Source of the DNA: Clostridia bacterium
GTDB taxonomy: Bacteria; Bacillota; Clostridia; UBA1381; UMGS1253
Direction of reading: 5' to 3'
DNA: 64,000 bases
NCBI GenBank assembly: GCA_045578865.1
Contig: JAZNLB010000003.1
Span: 559 to 64,558, forward strand
The position numbers were made by a program, and so were the translations under genes. Numbering within the stretch: position 1 is the stretch's first letter; every line of letters begins with the position of its first letter. Of the stretch, positions 8,049 to 16,572 are shown piece after piece. The notes beneath the pieces are model-generated. The model was not told the origin of the DNA. It ran no database searches and saw nothing but the letters and a program-made list of their open reading frames with translations.

Positions 8049-11000
8049 ATGGATATTAAAAAGCAGGTTTCGAATTTTTACAGAAGTTTCAACTGTAATC
8101 CCGTCATTTTATATGTAGGGCAAAACATATCCGTTTCGGATTTGAAGGCGCATATTGTCGGCTTGCCGTGGAGTTGCGTGCTGACCAGCCGTCGGGAACC
8201 GGAATTTGCCGGTTTATTTGCCACGGAATCTCGAGAAGTAAGAGATTGCGCTAAAAAAGAAGATATTCCGGCAAAACCGATTAATAAGCAGATGCTCAAT
8301 GTGTTGCGTTTGTATGGTATCGAAGGCGAGGAAGATGAAAAAAACGAGCTGTTAGCACAGATGTTTTCGGGCAGGGATTCGGGAATTTCTGCAAAACAGA
8401 CGGTTGCGGCAGAAATGTTTCGTGTTTTAAATTCCCTGCTTGATTGTGCCAGTCAGTTGGTGGTAGTTGGTTACGACCAAACCAACGAAGGCGAGCTTTC
8501 GCTTTATGATTTTTGTTCCACATTACTTGGAGACCGCATCCCGAACGGCAGCGTGCATATCTGGGGTATAGATGCCGAGGATGAAAATAACAAGCCGATT
8601 GAGATGCTGGCTGCCGAAAAGAAATTTGAGCTGATTCCTACATCGCTTGCCGAAGCGCTTATCGAGGCAGGTAAAACGGAAGAAGATGTGATGATGCCGA
8701 GTTATATCGAGACGGGCGATGATGTTTTCTATTGCGACAAAGCGCCGATCGGTATATCTCAAGATGACCTTGTGCAGTTTCGCCATATGGCAACATTGTT
8801 GACGGAAAAAACCGTTAATGCGGTGCGCCCGTACGGCAAGTCAATGTATGAAAGATGGTTTTTTAATTTCTTAAATTCAAGTTCAACGGAAGGTCCGCAG
8901 TGGTATGGCTACCTGTCGAAGTTTTATGTAAAGAGAAGTTTTGAAGATCCGCTTGCGGTGCTGGTTCGCAAGATGCTTGACGGTACAATTCCGCTTGAAA
9001 AACGCGGTCCGGTTATTTTGGAAGGCCCGTCCGGCAGCAGTAAGAGTGTAACGCTTGCGGCGCTCGCATATCGCATATTCAACGAAGGTCTTTGTCCGGT
9101 TATCTTTATCAAAAAGGACTCGTTTTTGTTTTATAATGAAAGCGAGGAAATGAATAAACTTGAAGAGTTGATGCGTCTTATTGATGAAAAAACGCAAAAG
9201 CAGATGCGTATTTTGATTGTATGGGACTGTTCGTCTTACCGTTCAGTAGAGGTCAATGCTTTGCGCCTGACCAGACAGCTGCAAAACAAGGGATTTCGCT
9301 TTGTGTTGGTGTGCAGTGCATACGGCCGCCCGTTTGAGAGCGGACAGACCAATGAGTATTTTAGAACAGAAGAGCCGAGCAAGTTGTTTGCCTGCAAAAA
9401 AGAGGAGGCGCAGATTGTCAAGAGCCGTTCCTGCTATTATATCAATGCTTGCCGTGATATGACCAAGCGTGAAATTGTGGATTTGTGGAATCGTATTTCG
9501 GACTATTCAGGATTAAGTCCGGAGACCATCCGCTATTGGAAAAATCGTTTTGAGCAGCAAAATGAAACGAGTATTTTCCAGTACTTTTATCGACTGATTG
9601 CACTTTTGCGACCGAATCTGGAGCGCGGTCTTTCGCGCGAAGAACAAAAAATATGGCAGTATGTGGAAGCGCAGGTGCGCGAGATTTTGGATGCGCCGGA
9701 GGAGGAAAAGCCACTCACGGCAATGGAGCTTGCTTTGCAGCGTGCAGGGCTGGATATCTCAACATTGCATGCAGAGCAGGGAGAAAATGATGCAGAGACG
9801 GACAATATCGACATGGAGGCATTTTGCCTTTGCATTGCGATGTTCAGCCGTTTTAAACTGGAGGTACCATACAACATTGCTTTTCAAAGTTTGACGGGGA
9901 TGAGCAATGCAAATATGGTTTATTCTGCCACGCACAGAAAACTTTTTGAAATAATTACAAAAATTCCGCTCGTTTACTATGGAGAAAGCGAGGCGGACGG
10001 CGATTATGCTTTCCGTTTCAGAAATGCGTTTGAAGCACAATTATTCTTGGAGCGTAAAGACCCGACGGGCGAAAAGCAGTTGAAGCAAATTTTGCAGATT
10101 ATCCGTCTTTACAATGAAGAATATGAGAGAAACCGTTTTGAAGACGAGCGCTTTAAAAAGAGTTTGATTGACTTTTTGCGCCTTATTGGTCCGAACTCGG
10201 ATTATTATAAAGGCAAAGAGCATGAATATGATGTTGACCATTTGTATATCTTGGGCAATCTGGATAAGTTGGTTGCAGAAGTGGAAGCGCTTGATGTGCC
10301 AAATAAGGATGGCGGATTTACTCAGTTGTCGGTTACTTTTATGCGTGAGTTTTTCGGTAAACTTTGGGATGCCAGAAGCACGGAGCGCGGCGTAAAGAAG
10401 TGGGAAGCATGTCCGGACCACTTTAATAAAGAAACCTACGAACTGCGTATCGAACAGTTAAGTAAGGCGCGTCGCTTGGCAGATGAGTGTGTGGAAACGC
10501 TGAAAAATAAGATTGATGACTTGACAATGCATTGGGAAAACAAGCAACGAATGGCGGAAGAAAAGAATTCGTTGGCAGTGGAAACTGCGCTGATTAATGC
10601 GACCATTGAGCGATTGGAAAAAGAATATAGCGAATGTTGCAAGGAAAACGGACAGACACCGGAAGAAAAGTATTGTGTATTGCATACAGAGTATCAGGAA
10701 ACTTTCCGTCAACTTGAAAAGGTGATTTATTACAACCCGCTCAACGGTTATGCCTATAATGCGCTTTTTAGTGCTTTTGAGCAGATGTATAATAAGGAAA
10801 GTGTTTCGCAAGAAAAGAAGCTGCAACATTTAAGTGAGATTATGCCGCTTGTGGACTTGGCGACCAATCCGGATATTGTTAACCGTGGCGAGAGAGAAGA
10901 TGAACTCAGCAAGCATGTGCAAAGAATTTATGATTTCAGTAAAGGCTATGCGATTACAATTGATCGAATTTTAGCGCGTGGCGAGCAAGAAATGGCCGAT

Positions 11001-11783
11001 GAAGCGATGGAGGTATACTTTAAACTTTATGATGCGCTTATGGAGTCGAATAATCCGGCGGCAATCTTGTTTGTTTGTCAAAAGGAACTGGCAGCGGCAC
11101 AGATTTCTTCTGAAACAGTGGATGAACTCAGTACAGCACAGTTGGAGGTTTGTCAAAAGGTACGCAAATTTATGAGCAGTTCCGACAACTACGATTGTGT
11201 TTCCACAAAAGCCAATGCGATGGCGCTTTTGATACGCACCACATGGATGTGTGCAAACAAGCGTCCATTAACGGGTGGTCGTGACCGACAGTTGACATAT
11301 CTGGACGATAGGCAGTGGCGCGAAGTTCAAAGACTTTGCCGCACCTACGAGGAAACGGCAAGCCATATCGGCTATCAGCCGGTTATTATGTTGATTTATG
11401 CGTTGTCCGAAATTCAGGTCAATGCAGATTATCGGGCAGCAAGTGATATTTTACGAAAACTCAGTGAAGGCCGATTCTTTAATTTGTCCAGAATGAGAAC
11501 GCCGTATATGATTTGTAAGAAGGATGGCAGCGGGCAGTTGGAAACCTTTACCGGTCGTGTAAATTACATTCAGGACACCAGAAAAGGCAGTTTCAAGATT
11601 GCAGGAATTCCTGATCGCTTGATTGGCGGAGAGTATGGCGTGCACTTTGTATGTCAGAATCTCGGCATTAAGAGTATGCCGCCGCTGAATAAAAGATATG
11701 ATGACCTTGAACTCGGCCTGGGATATATGGGCTTGACTGCTTATACCGAACAGGGCAGGAAGGAACGAGGTGAGTCGGTATGA
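8049..11783 (+). CDS. Large (1244 aa) uncharacterised P-loop NTPase with a degenerate SIR2-like N-terminal module and a long helical C-terminal region (STAND/NLR-like architecture)
   Basis: Track ORF 8031-11783. I prefer the ATG at 8049 after GAGGGGGAAG. Walker A GPSGSSKS (nt 9024-9047). Walker B-like RILIVWDCS (nt 9207-9233). N-terminal motif order VILYVGQNIS / WSCVLTSRRE / VLRLYG / LVVVGYDQTNE parallels SIR2_2, but the catalytic positions are substituted. The remaining ~800 aa are helix-rich. The family call is from pattern memory only. Confidence 0.85.
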   Translation: MDIKKQVSNFYRSFNCNPVILYVGQNISVSDLKAHIVGLPWSCVLTSRREPEFAGLFATESREVRDCAKKEDIPAKPINKQMLNVLRLYGIEGEEDEKNELLAQMFSGRDSGISAKQTVAAEMFRVLNSLLDCASQLVVVGYDQTNEGELSLYDFCSTLLGDRIPNGSVHIWGIDAEDENNKPIEMLAAEKKFELIPTSLAEALIEAGKTEEDVMMPSYIETGDDVFYCDKAPIGISQDDLVQFRHMATLLTEKTVNAVRPYGKSMYERWFFNFLNSSSTEGPQWYGYLSKFYVKRSFEDPLAVLVRKMLDGTIPLEKRGPVILEGPSGSSKSVTLAALAYRIFNEGLCPVIFIKKDSFLFYNESEEMNKLEELMRLIDEKTQKQMRILIVWDCSSYRSVEVNALRLTRQLQNKGFRFVLVCSAYGRPFESGQTNEYFRTEEPSKLFACKKEEAQIVKSRSCYYINACRDMTKREIVDLWNRISDYSGLSPETIRYWKNRFEQQNETSIFQYFYRLIALLRPNLERGLSREEQKIWQYVEAQVREILDAPEEEKPLTAMELALQRAGLDISTLHAEQGENDAETDNIDMEAFCLCIAMFSRFKLEVPYNIAFQSLTGMSNANMVYSATHRKLFEIITKIPLVYYGESEADGDYAFRFRNAFEAQLFLERKDPTGEKQLKQILQIIRLYNEEYERNRFEDERFKKSLIDFLRLIGPNSDYYKGKEHEYDVDHLYILGNLDKLVAEVEALDVPNKDGGFTQLSVTFMREFFGKLWDARSTERGVKKWEACPDHFNKETYELRIEQLSKARRLADECVETLKNKIDDLTMHWENKQRMAEEKNSLAVETALINATIERLEKEYSECCKENGQTPEEKYCVLHTEYQETFRQLEKVIYYNPLNGYAYNALFSAFEQMYNKESVSQEKKLQHLSEIMPLVDLATNPDIVNRGEREDELSKHVQRIYDFSKGYAITIDRILARGEQEMADEAMEVYFKLYDALMESNNPAAILFVCQKELAAAQISSETVDELSTAQLEVCQKVRKFMSSSDNYDCVSTKANAMALLIRTTWMCANKRPLTGGRDRQLTYLDDRQWREVQRLCRTYEETASHIGYQPVIMLIYALSEIQVNADYRAASDILRKLSEGRFFNLSRMRTPYMICKKDGSGQLETFTGRVNYIQDTRKGSFKIAGIPDRLIGGEYGVHFVCQNLGIKSMPPLNKRYDDLELGLGYMGLTAYTEQGRKERGESV

Positions 11784-12769
11784 GAAATGGTTTGATGGGC
11801 AATCATGTAGAACTGCTCAATTCTGCAGTTCAGACGCAGATTGCCAAGCATCTGTTTCTGGTGTGCAACTATCAGCCGGTGCCGATGGCAGCGCCTCATG
11901 CAAGTACAAGGTTTTTAATTCGAATTCAGGAGCTATATAAAGTAGTCGCGGACTGTGGCGATTTGGTACGCAAGATGAAAAAAATTTTGCCGAAGCATGT
12001 ACTTGAGAAGCATAAAAATCTTGAGGCTATGCTGGAAGAAGAGCTTGAACCAAAGGTTAAACTGGTTGAACTGCTGCGTTTTGTAGTTGATCATAATAAT
12101 GCTGAGGAAAACGGGTATGAGCAACAACAGCAGTTGCAGCAATACGAGATTTGGGTTAAGAAACAGATTTCAAAACCTCAACCGGAAACGGAAGAAGATT
12201 ACGAGGTTTTAGACAGTGCATTGGAAGTGCTTTCCGATGAACTTTGTGCAGTTATTCATCGCGTTATTGTCTATATCGGAGAAATGCAGTATGCCGATAA
12301 AAGCAGTATAATTCGGAAGTGGGAATGGCAAATTCTCGACTGGTATGCGCGGCCGTTCGGCAATTTATATTATGGCTTTCTGGCAATGACATACTTTTCC
12401 AAAGCGCGCAGCAGGGATGGTAAATTTGAGTTCGTAGACGATGCACAAAGAACCGTATGTGTTGAGGAGTGGGTTTCTCGTATGCTTCGTCATGAACTGC
12501 AAACGAAAATCGATGGTACAAAAGCGGCGATTGAAGTTTGCGGACCAATACCGGTTTTGCTTGAACAACTGGAGACGGAGCAGGCAGAACTGGAAGGGTT
12601 GGAAGCTGAAATTCAAAAGGAAAAGGGCGACAGGAGATATTTTTTAAATCGCTTGCCGGAGTGGCTTCGTGAAACGATGAGAGAATGTCACTGCTCGATG
12701 TTGCCGCAGGAATTGATTGATGAGGATATTAAGCGCCGATTTGAGTCTGTGCCGACCGCTGATTTTTAG
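11780..12769 (+). CDS. Hypothetical 329-aa protein, translationally coupled partner of the large NTPase
   Basis: Its ATG overlaps the upstream stop as ATGA (11780-11783). Helical/coiled-coil-looking, with a Q-rich patch (EQQQQLQQ). No recognisable motif. Followed by a strong terminator. Confidence 0.75.
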   Translation: MRNGLMGNHVELLNSAVQTQIAKHLFLVCNYQPVPMAAPHASTRFLIRIQELYKVVADCGDLVRKMKKILPKHVLEKHKNLEAMLEEELEPKVKLVELLRFVVDHNNAEENGYEQQQQLQQYEIWVKKQISKPQPETEEDYEVLDSALEVLSDELCAVIHRVIVYIGEMQYADKSSIIRKWEWQILDWYARPFGNLYYGFLAMTYFSKARSRDGKFEFVDDAQRTVCVEEWVSRMLRHELQTKIDGTKAAIEVCGPIPVLLEQLETEQAELEGLEAEIQKEKGDRRYFLNRLPEWLRETMRECHCSMLPQELIDEDIKRRFESVPTADF

Positions 12770-12776
12770 TGATAAA

Positions 12777-12817
12777 GGGGGTGTAAAACTTGGTTTTTAC
12801 ATTCCCTTTTATTTTTT
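12777..12817 (+). terminator. Intrinsic terminator closing the 8049-12769 operon
   Basis: Stem gggggtgtaaaa / ttttacattccc (12 bp including 2 G-U) with a 6-nt loop, followed by TTTTATTTTTT. Confidence 0.8.
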
Positions 12818-13048
12818 CTGCGTTGCAACGAAAATGCTTTTTGATAGTTTTGCTTAAGCAGGTGCGGGTATAAAACCGAGTTTTCGGCGGGAGTGTTCGT
12901 CAATCGTGCATCCGAAGCAAGTGTTAAAGCGCTTGCGGAGCACGCGATTGGAAAGGGTAACGACCGAAGATGGTGAAATTTTTAATTCATCTTGTAACAC
13001 ATCATTGACAAACCTACAAAAAACGCGAAAGAATGTGCACCAAGTGTA

Positions 13049-13077
13049 TTGACGAGAGTGCGAAAAAATTATATAAT
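13049..13077 (+). promoter_or_regulatory. Sigma-A type promoter of cysE-cysS
   Basis: TTGACG (13049-13054), 17 nt, TATAAT (13072-13077). The leader to the cysE ATG is only ~40 nt. Confidence 0.6.
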
Positions 13078-13117
13078 ATGGTGTGGTGTATAAGGAGAAA
13101 TTGTAAAGGAGACGGGT

Positions 13118-13762
13118 ATGTTTAAAAATATTCGTTACGATATAAAATCTATATTGGAACGCGACCCTGCGGCAAGAAACGGCTTTGAAGTTTTTTTGCT
13201 CTATCCGGGATTTCATGCCCTTTTATATCATCGTGTGGCACATTGGTTTTATAAGCACAACATGAAATTTATGGCACGGTGGGTATCGCAGACAGGTAAA
13301 TTCTGGACGGGAGTTGAAATTCACCCGGGGGCAACGATCGGGCGAGGCCTTTTAATCGACCACGGCGCAGGTGTTGTTATCGGCGAAACTGCTGAAATCG
13401 GCGACAACTGTACTATCTATCAGGGAGTAACGCTCGGCGGAACGGGTAAAGATGTCGGCAAGCGACATCCGACACTCGGCAACAATGTCATGGTCGGTGC
13501 CGGCGCAAAGGTGCTCGGGCCGTTCAAGGTTGGCGACAATGCAAAGATTGCCGCAAATGCGGTTGTTTTGTCCGAGGTAGAGGAAAATTCCACTTGCGTG
13601 GGCGTGCCGGGCAGAATGGTGAAGCGTGCAGGGCAGAGAGTCAGTGCAGACCTTGACCAGATTCACATTCCGGACCCCGTCAGCATGGAACTTTGTAAAG
13701 TGCTTATGCGCGTAGAAAAACTAGAAAAGAAACTTGCTGAGTCAGAGGGAGGCAAACAATGA
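13118..13762 (+). CDS. cysE: Serine O-acetyltransferase
   Basis: 214 aa. N-terminal ERDPAARN block plus left-handed beta-helix hexapeptide repeats (GATIG.., GAGVVIGETAEIG.., GVTLGG..). Confidence 0.9.
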   Translation: MFKNIRYDIKSILERDPAARNGFEVFLLYPGFHALLYHRVAHWFYKHNMKFMARWVSQTGKFWTGVEIHPGATIGRGLLIDHGAGVVIGETAEIGDNCTIYQGVTLGGTGKDVGKRHPTLGNNVMVGAGAKVLGPFKVGDNAKIAANAVVLSEVEENSTCVGVPGRMVKRAGQRVSADLDQIHIPDPVSMELCKVLMRVEKLEKKLAESEGGKQ

Positions 13763-15150
13763 AATTATATAATTCATTAACCAAAACAAAAGAAGAATTT
13801 ATTCCGATTACGCCGGGTGAGGTGAAAATGTACGCCTGCGGCCCGACTGTATACGACTTTTTCCATATCGGAAACGCGCGTCCGTTTATTGTGTTTGACA
13901 CGCTTCGCCGTTATTTTGAGTACAGCGGTTACAAAGTAACCTTTGTGCAGAATTTTACGGATATTGATGACAAGATGATCAACCGTGCCAACAAAGAGGG
14001 CATTACCGTGCGCGAGTTGGCAGACCGCTTTATTGCAGAGTACCGCGTAGATGCAAAGGGCTTAAATATCCGTGAAGCGAGCGTACATCCGCGCGCAACC
14101 GAGCATATTGCGGAGATTATTGAAATCGTAGAAAAACTTATCGCTGAGGGTTATGCTTATGAGGTGGACGGCGATGTTTATTATGCGACCAAGAAATTTA
14201 AAGATTATGGTAAACTTTCGCATCAGCCGCTCGAGGATTTGGAATCCGGCGCACGCATCAGCGTAGACGAGCGCAAGCGCGATCCCATGGATTTTGCGCT
14301 TTGGAAAGCGCAGAAGCCGGGTGAACCTGCATGGGAAAGCCCGTGGGGTATGGGCAGACCGGGCTGGCATATTGAATGTTCTGCGATGTCAACCAAGTAT
14401 CTTGGTAAAACCATTGATATTCATGCCGGCGGTAAGGATTTGATTTTCCCGCACCATGAAAACGAAATTGCACAGAGTGAGGCAGCTAACGGACAGCCGC
14501 TTGCACACTACTGGCTCCACAACGGTTACATCAATGTGGACGGCGTGAAAATGAGCAAATCGCTCGGCAACTTCTTTACCGTTCGAGATATTGTAAAACA
14601 TTTTGATTATTCCGTTATTCGCTTCTTCATGCTCTCTGCACATTACAGAAGTCCGATTAACTTTGCCGATGCACTTTTGCAGCAGGCAAGAGCGGGGCTT
14701 GAGCGCCTTATGAATTGTGTTTCTAGCCTGCGTTTTAAAATTGAACACGCACCGGAGGGTGAAGTGGACAGCGAAACGGCAACGCTCGTTACGGAGCATG
14801 TGGCAAGCTTCAAAGAGGCTATGGATGATGACCTCAATACTGCTGCGGCCATCGGAGTCGTTTTTGAATTGGCAAAAACTGCCAACACTGTCAGCGCAAG
14901 CGAAAATATAACTAAGCAGACACTTTCTCTCCTGCTCTCTGCTCTGACCGAGCTTTGCACTGTTTTGGGCGTGGAAACCGCGCAGGAAGAAGAAACGCTG
15001 GATGCTGAAATCGAAGATTTAATCGCACAGCGTACTGCCGCAAAAAAAGCGAAAGACTTTGCAACTGCCGATGCTATCCGTGCCAAACTTTTGGACATGG
15101 GCATTGTGTTAGAAGACACCAGAGAAGGCGTTAAATGGTCTAAAAAGTAA
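13759..15150 (+). CDS. cysS: Cysteine--tRNA ligase
   Basis: 463 aa. Class I synthetase motifs HIGN and KMSKS. ATGA overlap with cysE. Confidence 0.95.
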   Translation: MKLYNSLTKTKEEFIPITPGEVKMYACGPTVYDFFHIGNARPFIVFDTLRRYFEYSGYKVTFVQNFTDIDDKMINRANKEGITVRELADRFIAEYRVDAKGLNIREASVHPRATEHIAEIIEIVEKLIAEGYAYEVDGDVYYATKKFKDYGKLSHQPLEDLESGARISVDERKRDPMDFALWKAQKPGEPAWESPWGMGRPGWHIECSAMSTKYLGKTIDIHAGGKDLIFPHHENEIAQSEAANGQPLAHYWLHNGYINVDGVKMSKSLGNFFTVRDIVKHFDYSVIRFFMLSAHYRSPINFADALLQQARAGLERLMNCVSSLRFKIEHAPEGEVDSETATLVTEHVASFKEAMDDDLNTAAAIGVVFELAKTANTVSASENITKQTLSLLLSALTELCTVLGVETAQEEETLDAEIEDLIAQRTAAKKAKDFATADAIRAKLLDMGIVLEDTREGVKWSKK

Positions 15151-15271
15151 ATTTCGCACATTGCGTCGTTGCAACCGACGGCTCGTATCCGAGTACTGTG
15201 TCGCCGTTTGCGCCTGGCGCTGTATTGAAAAATCCGTTTTTAAATAAAAACAGGAGAAAAAGGCAATCGTT

Positions 15272-15688
15272 ATGAAATTGATTTCTGAACTGGGGATTGA
15301 AAATCCTCAACTTTATGCACCGCTGACGCTGGCGATTATCGGCGACAGTGTATATGATTTATATGTGCGTACGCGTTTAAGCGAGGGAGGGTCGTTGCCG
15401 ACGAATACTATACATAAAGCGGCGACTTCCTATGTTAAGGCGGCGGCACAGGCAAAAAGCGTCTATGCCATTATGGACGCGCTTTGCGAAGACGAACTGG
15501 CGGTGTTTAAGCGCGGGCGTAATGCACACAGCGCGACGGTACCGAAAAACGCGCGCGTGTCCGATTATCGTGCGGCAACGGGCTTTGAAGCACTTTTGGG
15601 GTATTTGTATTTAAAGGATGCGCCAAAACGACTTAGCGAAATTTTATCTCTGGCATTCGAGGCTGCAGAGGCACAGGAAACAATATAG
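15272..15688 (+). CDS. mrnC: Mini-ribonuclease 3 (Mini-III)
   Basis: 138 aa. LAIIGDSVYDLYVR and the RNase III-like catalytic core. Classic Firmicute cysS-mrnC synteny. Confidence 0.8.
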   Translation: MKLISELGIENPQLYAPLTLAIIGDSVYDLYVRTRLSEGGSLPTNTIHKAATSYVKAAAQAKSVYAIMDALCEDELAVFKRGRNAHSATVPKNARVSDYRAATGFEALLGYLYLKDAPKRLSEILSLAFEAAEAQETI

Positions 15689-15724
15689 TTTTCAAATATA
15701 TACTAAACTGAGGAGGAATCTGGT

Positions 15725-16570
15725 ATGAAACCGGAAAGAGTAAAAGAACTGGCACAAATTGCCAATCGTGTTCGTAAAAGCATCTTAACGGGTGTTTACA
15801 GCGCGAAAAGCGGTCATCCGGGCGGCTCGCTGTCCATTGCAGATGTGCTGACCGTACTGTATTTTGATGAAATGAATGTAGACCCGAAAAATCCGAAGGA
15901 CCCGAAGCGTGACCGCTTCGTGCTTTCGAAGGGTCACTGTGCGCCGGCACTGTACGGGGTGTTGGCAGAGCGTGGATTTTTTGACCCGTCTGAGCTTGTG
16001 AATTTGCGTAAGATGGGGCACTTTTTACAGGGACATCCGGACATGAAGGGTGTTCCGGGTATAGATATGTCCACTGGCTCGCTCGGTCAGGGTGTTGCGG
16101 CAGCAGGCGGTATGGCGAAGGCAGCAAAAATCGATGGCTCTGACTACCGTGTATATGCGGCACTCGGTGACGGTGAAATCGAAGAAGGTGAAGTATGGGA
16201 AGCAGCAATGTTTGCAGCGCACCACAAACTCGATAACCTCACAATTTTTGTGGACAACAACAATTTGCAGATCGACGGTGACATTCGCACTGTAATGAAT
16301 CCGCATCCGATTGATGAAAAGTACAAGGCATTTGGCTTCCATGTAATTTGTATTGACGGTCACGACCTTGAAGCGATTGCAGATGCGATTGCTGAAGCAA
16401 AGACCGTAAAGGGCAAGCCGACAGCGGTTATCTGCTCGACGATAAAGGGCAAGGGCGTTTCCTTTATGGAAAACAACTACGGCTGGCACGGTAAAGCACC
16501 AAGCGAAGACGAGTACAATAAGGCTATGGCTGAATTGGAAGCCATTGATAAAGAATTGGAGGTGCTTTAA
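15725..16570 (+). CDS. Transketolase, N-terminal (TPP-binding) subunit
   Basis: 281 aa. GHPGGSLS and GDGEIEEG TPP-binding motifs. Split transketolase arrangement. Confidence 0.9.
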   Translation: MKPERVKELAQIANRVRKSILTGVYSAKSGHPGGSLSIADVLTVLYFDEMNVDPKNPKDPKRDRFVLSKGHCAPALYGVLAERGFFDPSELVNLRKMGHFLQGHPDMKGVPGIDMSTGSLGQGVAAAGGMAKAAKIDGSDYRVYAALGDGEIEEGEVWEAAMFAAHHKLDNLTIFVDNNNLQIDGDIRTVMNPHPIDEKYKAFGFHVICIDGHDLEAIADAIAEAKTVKGKPTAVICSTIKGKGVSFMENNYGWHGKAPSEDEYNKAMAELEAIDKELEVL

Positions 16571-16572
16571 TC

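Noticed and set aside
12818-13117. Looked for a T-box leader (cysteine-specific) upstream of cysE-cysS.
   Set aside because: No T-box consensus (AGGGTGGTACCGCG-like) or specifier-loop architecture is visible. The consensus promoter lies only ~40 nt from the cysE ATG.
12854-13216. 120-aa minus-strand ORF upstream of and overlapping cysE. Its C-terminal part (..DELKISPSSVVTLSNRVLRKRFN..) looks like a sigma-70 region-4/LuxR-type HTH.
   Set aside because: The 5' two-thirds run antisense through the cysE start and its consensus promoter, so it cannot be an intact gene. At best, 12854-13010 is a short fossil of an HTH protein. An imperfect long hairpin is also present there. There is not enough evidence to annotate it.
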